Of a stretch of 64,000 nucleotides of DNA, positions 25,917 to 38,520 are shown one piece after another. Under the pieces are notes generated by a model. That model was not told the origin of the DNA. It saw nothing but the letters and a program-made list of their open reading frames with translations, and did no database searches. The stretch covers positions 310,001-374,000 of the forward strand of contig JAAOMT010000597.1 of NCBI GenBank assembly GCA_016748015.1, given 5' to 3'. Each line of letters starts with the position of its first letter. The first letter of the stretch is position 1. This DNA is from Geosiphon pyriformis uo1 (Eukaryota > Fungi > Glomeromycota). Made by a program: the position numbers and the translations under genes.

Positions 25917-27052
25917 TGAAAAGCGTTATATTTCTGAAAAGTTGAAGATTTGAGGTATTACTTGGCTAGAAACTCGGCGTAAAATAAATATAAACTATGT
26001 TGTGGGGAAAGGGAAATTGGGTCATTACTATTGAGATAGGCATCATTCATGTAACACATATATGTGTCATTAGGGATATTTTCAATATATTCTAACTACC
26101 CCTCAATTCCTGATAAATCAAAATGTCAATAGGAGCACTTATAATGCTTCAACGGCTCTTACTAGCCAAAATCCAAATAATGTGGTAATTCATATAATTT
26201 TGATTACGCTTTTTTCCTTCAATTATCTCAGGTGGCTTCGATCAATGTCAAGACTATTCTATTTTTTCTCAGCCCATATAATGATCTCAAATTCATAAAC
26301 ATCAACTTTTGCTAGAATATGCAAGAAAACTGAAGACCAAAATGTAAGTAATTATAAGGTTTAAATGATATTTCCTAATTGGATTAATTAGCTTTGACGC
26401 TCTTTTCCATATTCGAGTTCCCATATAAGAAATAGCTATGTGGGGTAATCCTCTTGATGAATAATTAAACAATTAATACTAATGTAGCAATCGTGGCCTA
26501 TAGGTAAAAATTTATCGTTTTACTCTTTCATGCAGAACCATTTTAGGTTCAGTGTAGCTATCGCTGTCAATTTGCTGTCATTATCATGAAAGAAAAGAAC
26601 ACCAGCAACCCATGAATAGATTTTCTAAAATTGTATAATCAAAGTTATTATGCTAACTCAATGGAAGATGATCCGAGAGGATATGAATAGGAGGTAAGAT
26701 TTTGTTAGTCAGATTTTGGTAAAAATACAGATATTCATTATATATGATCTAGAAATGAAAATGCAACTGATTTGAATTCAATTAAGTTATTATACAAATC
26801 TGGTTAATGACCTGCGAATCTCTTTCATTTGGCTGTTTGGTTTCGATTAATTGTATAATTGCAAGGGGAATTGAAAAGATTTTTCCTTAGCCACTGTGAC
26901 GCCTTCAAAATTCGCATGAAAATATGATCAAACACTTGAGTCACTTACATTTAGGTTTCCCGATGAAGTCCTTTCAGTATAATACAAATGTCGAGCAGCA
27001 TGAAAGAATAAGTTGCCTCAGCAAACCCATATTTGAATGAAGAAATGACTAT

Positions 27053-28869
27053 TCATTTACGGCGTCTTATAGAAAGTGTATCATTCTCCAACCGATATTT
27101 TCGAAGTTCTTTTGTGTGATCTGGCATCTTAGAACCCCAACCAGGCAATCTTACAACCTTCATATAATAAAATTCAATGTAAGATTCAGCCAAAAAGTAT
27201 AACTATAGATTCTTATCATACCATTGCAGTTATATTATCATTGGAACCAAGTTCTACAGCCAGGTCAACAAGTTTTGAAGCGCTTAAAGCTGGGTCGTTA
27301 TGATCTTTAACCTTTTTACAAAAGGTCGAAAATAAGATTAAGGTGAAGTATATATGAAAAATCTTCGCAATTTAATACCTACACAGTCAACGATTTCCTG
27401 GTTGCTTAAAACTGAAGTCACTCCATCCGATACCAATACCAGGAAGGCTGCCTCACTTCCCTTTATTCTTTTTTTAATAATTTCTGGTTCAGCTGATATG
27501 CCATACTTTTTCATTTTCGAATCCCCCAGTGAGCGTGTGTTAGCCAAACTCCCCAAAAACATTTCAGCACCAAAAGAATCAGTGATAACATAACCTCCAG
27601 ATTTTCTTAATCGATCATGTTCTGTGATCGCGCTTGGATGGTGATCATAAGTGAAGGAAATGGCTTTACCAGTGGGAACCTCACATAAAAGAACTCGAGT
27701 ATCTCCAACATGAGCAACTGTGAGATCGAGTTCATGAGAGGACCAGAATGGATAACGATCCAAAGCTTTCACAATTGCTACAGAAGCAGTTGAACCAACA
27801 GATTGTCCTAAAGAGCCTATCAGTTCATAGTCGGTTTTTAAAAAGGCCAATGTGAGACGTTGTTCAAGTGTGAGTAAGGGCTTTGATGTTGTTACCGGTA
27901 ATAAAGGTTGTGTCCCTGAGGCTGATGTCGAAGAAAATTTTCTTGGTAAAGATAAGTTGTTATTGTTATTATCATTCAAAGCCTCTAATAAGCGATATCT
28001 AGAGGGATTATTTATTTCCGGACTTAACAATGATGCTAATAATGCAGGTCGGAATCTTCGAAAGTAGCTTTGAAAGGAGAATGATTATGGATATATACAA
28101 TTGGATCATATATGAACACTCAACAATAAAGATTAAAATTCGTAAATATACCCTCCGACATTTCGCCATGATAGTACAATTTCATCCGCGTCTGACGCCA
28201 TAACTTCTTCAACTCGATTATGAAGGTTAGCTACGAGATAATCTGCGCATGACGAACCACCATGACTATAAACAGAAATAACACTTTTACTCAATATAAT
28301 AACCCCCAATATTTATAAAGCTAAAATCAAGCGTGATTGATAATCTTACCCATCAAACACACCGAAATAAGAGGCTTGACCTGGTTTGCCTTGTTCCAAT
28401 TGAAACTCGTTGCCATTTAAAGGGTTTTCAACCTTTGACTGTTCGTTTTGAACAAAGGTTTCATAACCTTTTTCCAGTTCACTGCTTTCTAATTCTAAGA
28501 CAACAGCTTTATATCTGTCCTCGTTGTACTCCCTTGTTCCTCGCGTTGTTCTAAGACATGAGAACATGCCAAAGCATTTTTTTTAACTGAAAAAGGAGTC
28601 TGAAGAATAGCTTCGCCAACACATCGGAAGGCTTTAATGAATATTACAACACTAAAAACAAACCTCACGCCAACCAAATGCCGTGATTTCTCAAGATAGA
28701 GACGATAAGTCTCACCCTTAATAGGTGACTTGGCAACATAATAATCTTGGGACTGTTTCGCTGAAGAAATACTAAACACTCTATTTTGGGATGATTTATG
28801 GATTAAGAGAAAATTGGAGGGTTTGTACAATCGCGATAAAAATCTACTTTGACAAACAAGTTGTGACAT
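27053..28869 (-). CDS. PP2C-family protein phosphatase (Ptc6-like, probably mitochondrial)
   Basis: RGTREYNED, YFGVFDGHGG, GSTAS, AHVGDTR, LANTRSLGD, VSDGV, SNDNITA motifs; Arg/Ser-rich presequence-like N-terminus. Confidence 0.9.
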
Positions 28870-29169
28870 TTTGAGTGTTGAATTTTTGGACAATCATGAA
28901 ACTTATAAACTTCAGCCGCTGTGGCTTACAATGTTTGTCATTAACTCATTGAATAATAGTTAACTTCAAAAACGCGTCTCCCAGTCAGTTTCGCCAACAC
29001 ACCCGTCTTCTTTAAAGCGTGCGTTGTTACATGTATGTTATTCTCTAATACTTTATCTTTCCACACCTACATTTTCTCGGCCCCTCATTTCTTCGAGGTT
29101 AAGTAGATTTTTAGTGGGCCACGTTTGCAAATAATTAGTGGTTGGTGTCAACGTACTGAATGTTAATCC

Positions 29170-29680
29170 TGCAGTTGAATGTTGGGGGACTTCATCTATT
29201 GGTAAAGGAAAATATTTTCACTGAGTTATACGTTGAGTTGTTAGGCATCTGAAGTTACGCAGCCACTAAGTGTAAAAGTTCGAGACTTGAAAGCACATCG
29301 TGGCCACAATGGTTTATTGTGAACGTTTCTCCATCTCGCAAATAAGCCTAATGTTTACAATGTTGGAAAGGAACGTGGAAGTTATAGTCAAACCTAGCAA
29401 AATTATTTTTTGTGAAGGAATTAACGCTTTGCAAAATGAGGAAGTGAAAAAGCTCGTTGATTTAAAATCTAATTATGATAACCTCTTAATGTAGAAATAT
29501 TAGGCAGTCCTTAATACAGAAAGATGTATAATTCCAAAAGATCCTCGAGACTATGATGGGGAATGGGAATATTAAAAGCTTTCGATGTGTGAACAAAAGT
29601 ATTGTCTTCTTATTATAAATATATTGATCCTATCAAACAACATGCACACCTAGTATTTGCCAATAACATTTGTGAGAATT
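29170..29680 (+). pseudogene. Uridine kinase-like relic
   Basis: GTSSIGK P-loop-like segment; VKPSKIIFCEGINAL...LVDLK; YYKYIDPIKQHAHLVFANN; broken by stops and frameshifts. Confidence 0.55.
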
Positions 29681-29863
29681 TGACAAAAGTGTTGAAGCAA
29701 TTGTTCAATATATTAATTTATAAGGAAGGAAGAATCAAAAACCGAAAATCAGAAAGGGAAGATATTACCTATGTAATTAATTCTGGGAATCTTAATGAGA
29801 AAAAGAGTGGTGGGATTTTAACGGTAGGAATATGGGAAATTTATGATCATAAAAATTTCATTC

Positions 29864-31029
29864 TTACGTCCGGAGAGGAAGTACTTGTCTTAAAAAGTCC
29901 TCTAGATCCTTTATCTCTTCGATACCTGATGAATGAGACATTCCTTGGTACGTTTTGAATGAAACCGAGTATCCATTATCTTTTAGAAGCTTTGAACTAT
30001 ACTGGCCAAGTTTATATGGCACGACCTTGAAGAGGAATTAAAAAAATATTATTTGAAGTCAATTGTAAAAAGGTTGTATAAAATTAGAAATCACCTGATC
30101 ACAATCACCATGAGCCAAAAATATTGGTATCGTTTTATTAGCCTCTGTTCCCATCTATCATTCATGTTCCCAATATTAGAAAGATAAGGCAGTTTAAATT
30201 TTCCAATGACAATAAATACCTTCAAAATTTTGTTTCGACATGGAATATATCCACTTAATCTGTGAACAATTAGTTAGAAATAGGGCTTTTATTTGATCTG
30301 ATAAACTCCTAAAATCATACCCAAAAATCCCTGCAAATGGGTATTCTGAGGTCAACCCAATAGCCAGTGCTAGAGCAGCGCCCTGCGAGAATCCTCCAAT
30401 CACAATGCGATTAGACGAAATTCCCGCATCAATTTCATCACGGATAAGTCTATTCACTAAAATCTCACCCAAATTACTGTGTTTATTAATTGAGGTTTTT
30501 TAGAGCGAATTAAGGAGTGGTATCTTACCTGAAGCAGCTGATGTCAAGAGACCTTCTTCGTCTTCTCGAAGACTCAACATAGCAGTCGTGTCAGATAATG
30601 CTTTAATATCATACCTTGAGTGATGAAAAAATAACATGATTCAGGGGTCTCCATTAAGGCTCAATTGAAAAAATTTACATACCACCCAGGCATTGACATG
30701 CCACCATTTACTGTTATTGAACGATATGGACTTAAAAAGCAAATTTAAATAATTAATAAATTTTGCAGAAATTTTATCATCCACAAAAAGTACTGACGCA
30801 TTAGGTAGAATGAATTTTATATGTGGATTAGCTTTTGCAATGTCCGCTGTTACAGGAGCCCATCCGCTTCCACTATCACCAAGGCCGTCTTGCTCGTACG
30901 TTTTCAACAAAATTAGTTAAGATTTTTGTAAAATCTCGAAGTCTTGCAGAAAAACTTACGCAAAAAAAAAACGGTTGCAGAGTGATTTTCTCTTGCTAGC
31001 TGGGTGACAGCTGTCAAAGGTTGTGACAT
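29864..31029 (-). CDS. APT1: Acyl-protein thioesterase 1 / lysophospholipase (abhydrolase_2)
   Basis: GLGDSGSGW, KFILPNA, GFSQGAAL nucleophile, HGDCDQVV, YQGMSHSS catalytic triad across exons. Confidence 0.9.
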
Positions 31030-31674
31030 AATGATTACAGTTTGGGTATATTCAAATATGGTTTGTGATTTTTTCGTAGCAAAAAATCTTAATCTTTCCA
31101 ATGTGAAGAAAGACTCCCTACAAGAAATACAACTTTTAAACTGATGAGAGACAGATTTGCTGTTAATTTTTTTGACGGTCCCCCGAAACATGTGCATTGT
31201 GGGACCTGTAGATAGTTCTGATACCCGTTTATATTTATCAAGGTGAAAAATTGAGAAATGGAAATGATTATTCTTATTCAAATAAAATAAAAATCTAGAT
31301 CTATATTCTTAAATATCTAAAGAATAAGTTTATTTAAAAGTATTAAAAAATATATAATCAAAAATTAATTACGATGTTTTATCTATTTTTTACTATGAAA
31401 ATTTTCAAATCGTCAAATTTTAAATTTTTATTGTTTATGAAATTAAAAATTATTGGATTTTAATAATATATTCATTTTATAAAAATGATTTTTTGTCCCA
31501 GACTGTGAATTTCCTTCAAAAGCAACATGATATTTCAATCATATGACATTTAAGCTTTCTCTCTAATAAGAATTTTCAATTAAAAATCGAAATTTTCTCA
31601 ATCGCAATTTTAAAGCCATAATGATACGGCATTTAAAAACACCTCATGTTTGCATATATTGAATTGACCATTAT

Positions 31675-32893
31675 TCACATAAAGTCCTCTTCCCACTCAT
31701 TAACATCTTTGACGTCAGTGTTTTGCAAATTGCTTCTCATATTGGATTGTTCAAATATGGAATCATAGGATTTTTTGGAAGCTTCCTCACGTTTTTCTTT
31801 CTCCCGTTGCAGATCTTCTTTTTTCTTCGATTGGGTAAAATTTATTAGAAAACTTGTTATCGAAAAAGTCTATGCATATCCATTTAGGCCAATCAATACC
31901 TTGGCATTAGAAGCCTCTTTCGCAGCTCTCCTCCTTTGCTTCTCAATCTCTAATTTTTCAAGTGCTAAATCGGGATGCGATTCCTGTTTGGTCTTCTCAA
32001 GACGCTTAACTACTTGATTATTCTTTTCTATTTGTAATTTTTTTACCTATTAAAGTTTACAATATAAATGTAATAAAATTGTTATTATTTTGGATTCGAT
32101 TAAATATATGAATGAAACATTGAAACACATACGGTACCAGACCGTGGTCATGAAAAGAAACTTGACCAACGTCCATATCAGCAGTTTTTTTTAAATTGTT
32201 CCACGGAGTGTAAACGACCACAACACTGCTTTTTTTGACGCCTACAATTGATTGAATAAAGTTTTTCAAGATAATCTGCTATATTATCTTTGGGATAATT
32301 GAAAATTCGAATATTACCTTCAATACTGTTAGCTTTGACTAATTGTCCTAAATCAGTCAAAAGCACTTCTGGAATAGTATTCCAAGTTTGACCGAATTGT
32401 AATCGTAAATAAACGTGAGCACTCGAAAGTTTGTCCACGTGAAACTATGACAAGAATTCAACCCATGCTCTTAAAAATGATGAATTGCCATTTCAAGGTC
32501 ACAAATAAGTCATCCACAAACGTACCCTTCAATCCCAAAGATTAGACTCTAATTATTAGGATCATTTCTTTGATTTTCTCCACTTTTAAAAGTTACGAGA
32601 ATATTTTACAAATCCTCCTACCATACGTCCTCCTCCCAACCGTATTTTATCAATTCTTCATCTTGAGAATTGAACAGGGAATTGACCATTCAGTAATTTT
32701 TGTCATAACTTATAATATTGCGAGGAAAGCAAATGGGAAAAACTAACTTTCGAATTTATCCTTTCCCATGTATATCAATGCGGGTGGTTCAACGACTGAG
32801 TTTTCGACATTTAAGTTTTTTTCAAACGAGTGATAACTTAATAAAGCAAGCCTACTTTATTTAAATACCTGTGCTGGTGAAATAATATACCAT
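31675..32893 (-). CDS. CCDC25: CCDC25/Jlp2 NFACT-R (DUF814) coiled-coil protein
   Basis: [67 protein letters not shown], ends EEDFM*. Confidence 0.92.
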
Positions 32894-32999
32894 TTCAACA
32901 AGTTGGTCTTTTTAATCGTGCGGCCCAATAAAGTTTCTTTCATAGACCTGATAAATTTCTTATTGTGATCATGTGACGTTCCAAATAGCTATAATTTTT

Positions 33000-34150
33000 T
33001 TTCTTGTTAATATAATTTTCTAAAAACAAGTTGTGATATATTTTTTACATTATTATTCATTAAAATCATTAAATTAAATGAATATGTATTGTAAATTAAT
33101 ATAATTATAAATGCTAAAGTTCGAATTATTTGGCTTTTGATTATAAAATTAATTTTTCTAATTTGTTTTTTGCTAAGTTTTAAGATGTTTTAATAATTAG
33201 CTTGTTGGTTTAAATTTTTTAAAAATTACAATTAATAAAATATTATAAATAAATTTGTTGAGCTAATTGGCTTTTGGTAAATTTATAATAATTTTATTGG
33301 CTATAAAAAAAAACGTTGTTTATTAATAAATATTTAAATATATTTTTTAAAAAAGCAAATTAGTAATATTACTAACTTAATTACTAATATCTTTAAAAAT
33401 TTTGTTGGTTTTAGAAAATTTAGAAATAAATTTAGTATTAAACATTTAGATAAAAATATAAAGAATAAAACAGATTTTTTATTAATAAAAACATTTTTAA
33501 ATTAATAATTTTATAAAGTTCTTAAAACTAAAATTAAAACTAAATAAAATTTAAAGTAAAAAATAATAAATATAAATTAAAATCAAAAAATATATATATA
33601 CTTATTAATAAATTTAATATAAAAATTGTTTAAAACATAATATAAATAAAAAGTATAATAATAATAATAATAATAAACTAATTTAATAAAAATATTTATT
33701 ATTTTATTTATTCTTAATATTTTAACTTAAAATAAATATTATTTTATTTATGTTAATTGCTAATATTAATTATAATATAATAATTTAAGTTTTAAATAAA
33801 TAAAATTTGAAAATAATAATTTTATAGTTAAATATAAATTAAAAACCAAAAAATTCAATATTTTATTTTAAAAACTTAATAAGAAGTAAAAATATAAGAT
33901 TTTTTGTTCAAGTTATTTTTAACTTAAGATTTTATTTTAGTTATTTATAATATTTTATTTATACTTACATAAATAATAAAATATGTGGTATTAATTAAAT
34001 TGAATAATTAATGCAATATGTTGTATAAGTAAGAAACAAAAAATTAATTATATTTTTATTTTTACTGTATTGTTAATTTTTATCAATAATATATTTTTGG
34101 TTTAACTGAAAATTAATAAAACAAAAATTTCTTAATTGATTTGAAAAAAA
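33000..34150. other. Extremely AT-rich decayed repeat inside the gene island
   Basis: Same composition and surviving-motif pattern as the decayed TEs; no recognisable ORF. Confidence 0.45.
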
Positions 34151-34395
34151 TGAAAAATACATTTTTTAATAAGTTAAATTATGAAATTTCAATAAATTCA
34201 ACCATTGAGATTATATCAGAAGATTATGAGTTTTCAATACCATTTTCTAACAAATTTTCTGTATAAAGCTCTTAATTATACTAGTCTTCTTTAAAGTTTG
34301 GAAAGGGTAAATTTTCCTAATAATGAGCTTTCCGTTATTTAATAATATGAATTAAAGTGTTAATTTAAATGTCACATTCATATAAAAGTGAACTC

Positions 34396-34396
<1 letters not shown>

Positions 34397-34426
<30 letters not shown>
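34397..34426. repeat. (ATT)n microsatellite
   Basis: Visible tandem run. Confidence 0.9.
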
Positions 34427-35635
34427 TAGATTGTTGACTACAATCACTAATTATTATTGTTCTCTATTGACAAAGCACCACTTTTTTCCATTGGGGTCTG
34501 AGACGGAATAATTCTTTTGTAAATTGTCAATATTTTACTTTAATGAGTCTAATCGCATAATTTAAAAATAGTTCAACAAACCTACACTGGCATGGAAACG
34601 AGACTAGTTTTTAAAATAGATATTACTTTTTAAACCTACATTCCCTTTTTTGAAATTTTCAGCCTCAATTTAGTACTTAATTGGTATTGATTTTTTTTGT
34701 TTTAGATAGGATTTTAAGGTATGATAAAGAAAATAAACAATCTTAATGGGGTGTTTGTTAATCTTTAATTGTTTGCTTGCTTTTCCTAGGAAGCTATCAT
34801 CGTCACAGTTTTATCGAAATTTTTTATCTCACCACAATGAATCATAAAGATTGCGATGTGGATAAATCTCAAAATGTTGATTATTTATCCTAGTTATATA
34901 TCTCATTGGGAAAGTAGATCATCAACGAAGAGTTTTAAAGTTATGTGTACGTAATTCACCGAAACACCCCGATCACCTCCGATCACAAAGAAGAACTTTT
35001 ATTCGTTGAAAAACTTCCCAATGATGATACTCCACCGTTAGGTTGATAGTCTCTGATCCATCTGATCATCTGATCTAATAATGATTTTTTTTTTAGTTAA
35101 AGCTAATACATCAATGTCAAATTATATGATGTTATTAATTATATTGGATGTATGTGTGTGTCCCGAACCTGAATCAACCAGGCTTTCTTGCCCGTATTTG
35201 GGCTTCTTAAATTGTTCACTAGATCGCTTTTTCTCGGCCCTCAGTTCCAACTTTGTTCCTGATTAAATATAGTATTATATCCATCCAAGTCTTTTCACCG
35301 CAGTCAACGACTGAGAAACAACTACCCGAACCCCCCCTGTAACGTTTCATGTAGACTCTGCGCAAAACTACAAGTATGTCTTGTTTCTCGATTATTGAAT
35401 TCATCCAAGAAAAAGATTTTTTGCATACACTTTCACTTTGTATGCCTCTGTTACCCCTCTTCTTCTCAATATTAACTTTATCATTCTTATCTTTTCCTTG
35501 TTTTTTTTCCTGTAACATTTTGTTTTATTTCTCTAACAAAAAAGCTTCCATACTTATATTTATCTTGTACAGTTATATGTTATACGCAGAGATATATATA
35601 TGTCTCATATTTTCAACTTTACCAAAATTTCAACC

Positions 35636-38520
35636 ATGGACAAACATTCTTCGCCCTCCACTCCCCAATCAACTTCGGGTAGTTTATTGGGTTTACACCG
35701 ATCTGTATATTCTCTACTTGAGTTATTAAATGGACCCGTACCAGAGCGGTCTCCTGCCGTCGTGTTGATCGTCGTGGCAATCTTAATCGCCTTGGCAATT
35801 GTATATAAGGTACTTCAACCTTTTAACAGTTAGATATATTTATTGTATTTCGAGTTTCTTCCTGTTCAAAGTCCAGGAACAATTAAATAAAGCTTAAGAA
35901 AGTTAACTTTCGAGGCATAGAAACACTCGCTGGGACGGCGAATAAATTTCACGACAAAAGGCAAGGCGCATATATAATATAAAAATAATTGAAGTGAATT
36001 CAATGAATTCATATGAACAACATACTATCCATAAACCACTAACGAAAAAAATCAGCTAATTCGCAACGGGAATTTAATCATTCTAAATAAGGTTTTTGCC
36101 ATGCACTTGACGAGAATAGCATTATTTTTTAAGAGAAGATACTTGATGATAACCAATTAATTCGGTGAAATCTAATAAATAATTGTTTTTTCATTTCATA
36201 TATATCTTAGCAAGTAACCGATTCCGATAGGCAACAACAATACCAACAGCCGAGCGAAAAATTTAGATTGCACATGGCTGGATCCATGGTCGGTGACTTT
36301 TTCAAAAAGATGTTCAACCCCTTGACCACATCGCGACAAGAATCTACGACATCTACTACGAGTGAAAAAAGCAAACGCCTATCAATTGACATTTCTTCTT
36401 CTTCTTCAACATCTCTATCTTTACCAACACATGATGCTACACCACGATTATACCAAAAAAATTCGAATTCTCAGTTATCCTCCCATCGCCGACATAACTC
36501 TCGTCACAAACAACCAGGACAGATTCCGAGTGTCAATACACACATCCCAACAGGATATTTTCCATCGGCTTCTTCATCTAGCAATTGCTCCTCGGATGAA
36601 AATAGTCCAATATCAATTGATCGCGAAGAAGAAGCGAAAAGTACAGTTACAATTGATGTTTCTGAACCATTGCTCATTCGAAATGAGCAAAACAGAGAAG
36701 ATGCTTCACATCATCAAAATGAAGAAATTAAGAATCTCTTATCTGAAGGGCCTGTCGATTTCCGAAATGGTCCTGAATCTCCCTCATCTAAATTGATCAA
36801 AGAGTTGACTGATCCTTGTTTAGATGAAAAATCCTGTAACTTTTCATCGAATAACTCTTCGTCTCACGAAAAGGAAACTTCTCAACTCCAGTTAAATGGT
36901 GCCAAGTCAGCGATCATGATTGATTTTGGTGGCCAAGTTAGGAACCAAATTAATTCAAATAACGTCTCTATCAATCAAGAAAGCGATGCTGAAGGTGGAA
37001 GCATAATTTCTGATGATCACTCCGATCTCAGCCTTCACAATAAAGCCCCTAGTTATACACCAAATGAACAGAAAAGTGTAGAAGATACCGGTCAAAATGG
37101 ACATTCTAATAAGTCGAATAATCGAAGGCGACGGAGAAGAACCAGAGGTAAAAATAATAAACAACAAAATATACAACGAGAACAGCAAGCACAACAAGCA
37201 GTGACTACCGTTTCCAAAGGAGATCAATCGTTGGACTCGTTAAATCAAGAGCTTACTCCGCCTCAATTGGCTAAAACTCCGAGACCACGTCAAGGAGTTG
37301 AACCAGCGCGGTCTTCAAACTTTTCAACGTGGCCTAAATCCTCACGTCCACAGCAGGCCAATCCGCCTCAATATCTTCCTCAGGTTCAGCAGACGCAGCC
37401 TCATAGTAATAGTACATTTTTCTCGACGAACAAGAAACTCATGTCGAATTACAATTCTTCAAATCCTCTTGGAACGACCTTACCACAACAAATTAAGGTA
37501 CCATCAACTGAAATTTACAAAAAACCTTTACTTTATCCAAGGTCTGATGTGGAATGGCGTCTGAATGTTCCTGCAGCATCTCATCATTCATTGTCGCGTA
37601 GCGTTTCGAATCCTTCGTTGGGTTTATCAATATCTCGGTTTACATCATATGCGGATGTTATAGCTCCCAATAACAGTAGACCGCAGAGTTCTATGGCTTC
37701 AAATTCAATTATCTCGCCAAATGCTACAAACTCCACTACTAATGATAATTCGACGAATAACGGCCATTGGTACACTCCTTTTTCATCCGGCTTCACCATT
37801 CAGCTTACTCCTCCAGCATCTCCAAAAATTAACCATGCTTCCTTGCTTTCTGAAACCAATACTTCCACCTTCTCTTTTTTTTCTGACTTGCCAGTTCTTC
37901 CTTCTATGGCCTCTTCTCAGGAATTGTACCGCTCTGATCAAATTAATTTACGCCCACCAATTGCTGCTGCATCCCCTTCCTCGTTTCCTTTCACATCTAC
38001 TTCAGCTGCTTCTAGTGCATCACCTGAATCTACTTTTGGCTCCTCACATTTTCCTAGTTTAACTTCTGCTCACAATAACCACCAGCCTTCTTCCATTCCT
38101 ACGTCTTTTGCTAGCTCAATTTTTGGCCGAAAGTTTCCTCTTTCAGATCAGGAAAAAGGCCAATTATTAGGGGAAGAAAAATCGAAATCATGGAATGGGA
38201 ATTTGGATAATGTAACAGGACTGAGCAACGAAAGTTCGTGGAATTTAGAGCTTGCGGCCACAATGAGACCCCAAGCAAAGTTCGAACTGTGGGATGGCAA
38301 TTCGAAAAATAATAATAGTAGTAATAATAATAATAATAACAAATCAGCTACTTCCGACGAAGGGGCGTGGAAATTGGAACTTGCCGTAAACGGCCTAAGA
38401 CAAGTTGCAGCAGAGACTGATAAAAGTGTTCAACGAAATCAAAGGCAGCGGTTACATCGCGCATCCGAATATTCATTCTTCGACAAGCGATCATCGTTTG
38501 GGAACCTACAAAAATTCTAA
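35636..38520 (+). CDS. Hypothetical ~830-aa protein: N-terminal TM helix plus S/N/Q/P-rich disordered body
   Basis: Exon 1 35636-35809 (AVVLIVVAILIALAIVYK), GT-AG intron 35810-36210, exon 2 in frame with the 750-aa ORF; normal CpG. Confidence 0.75.
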
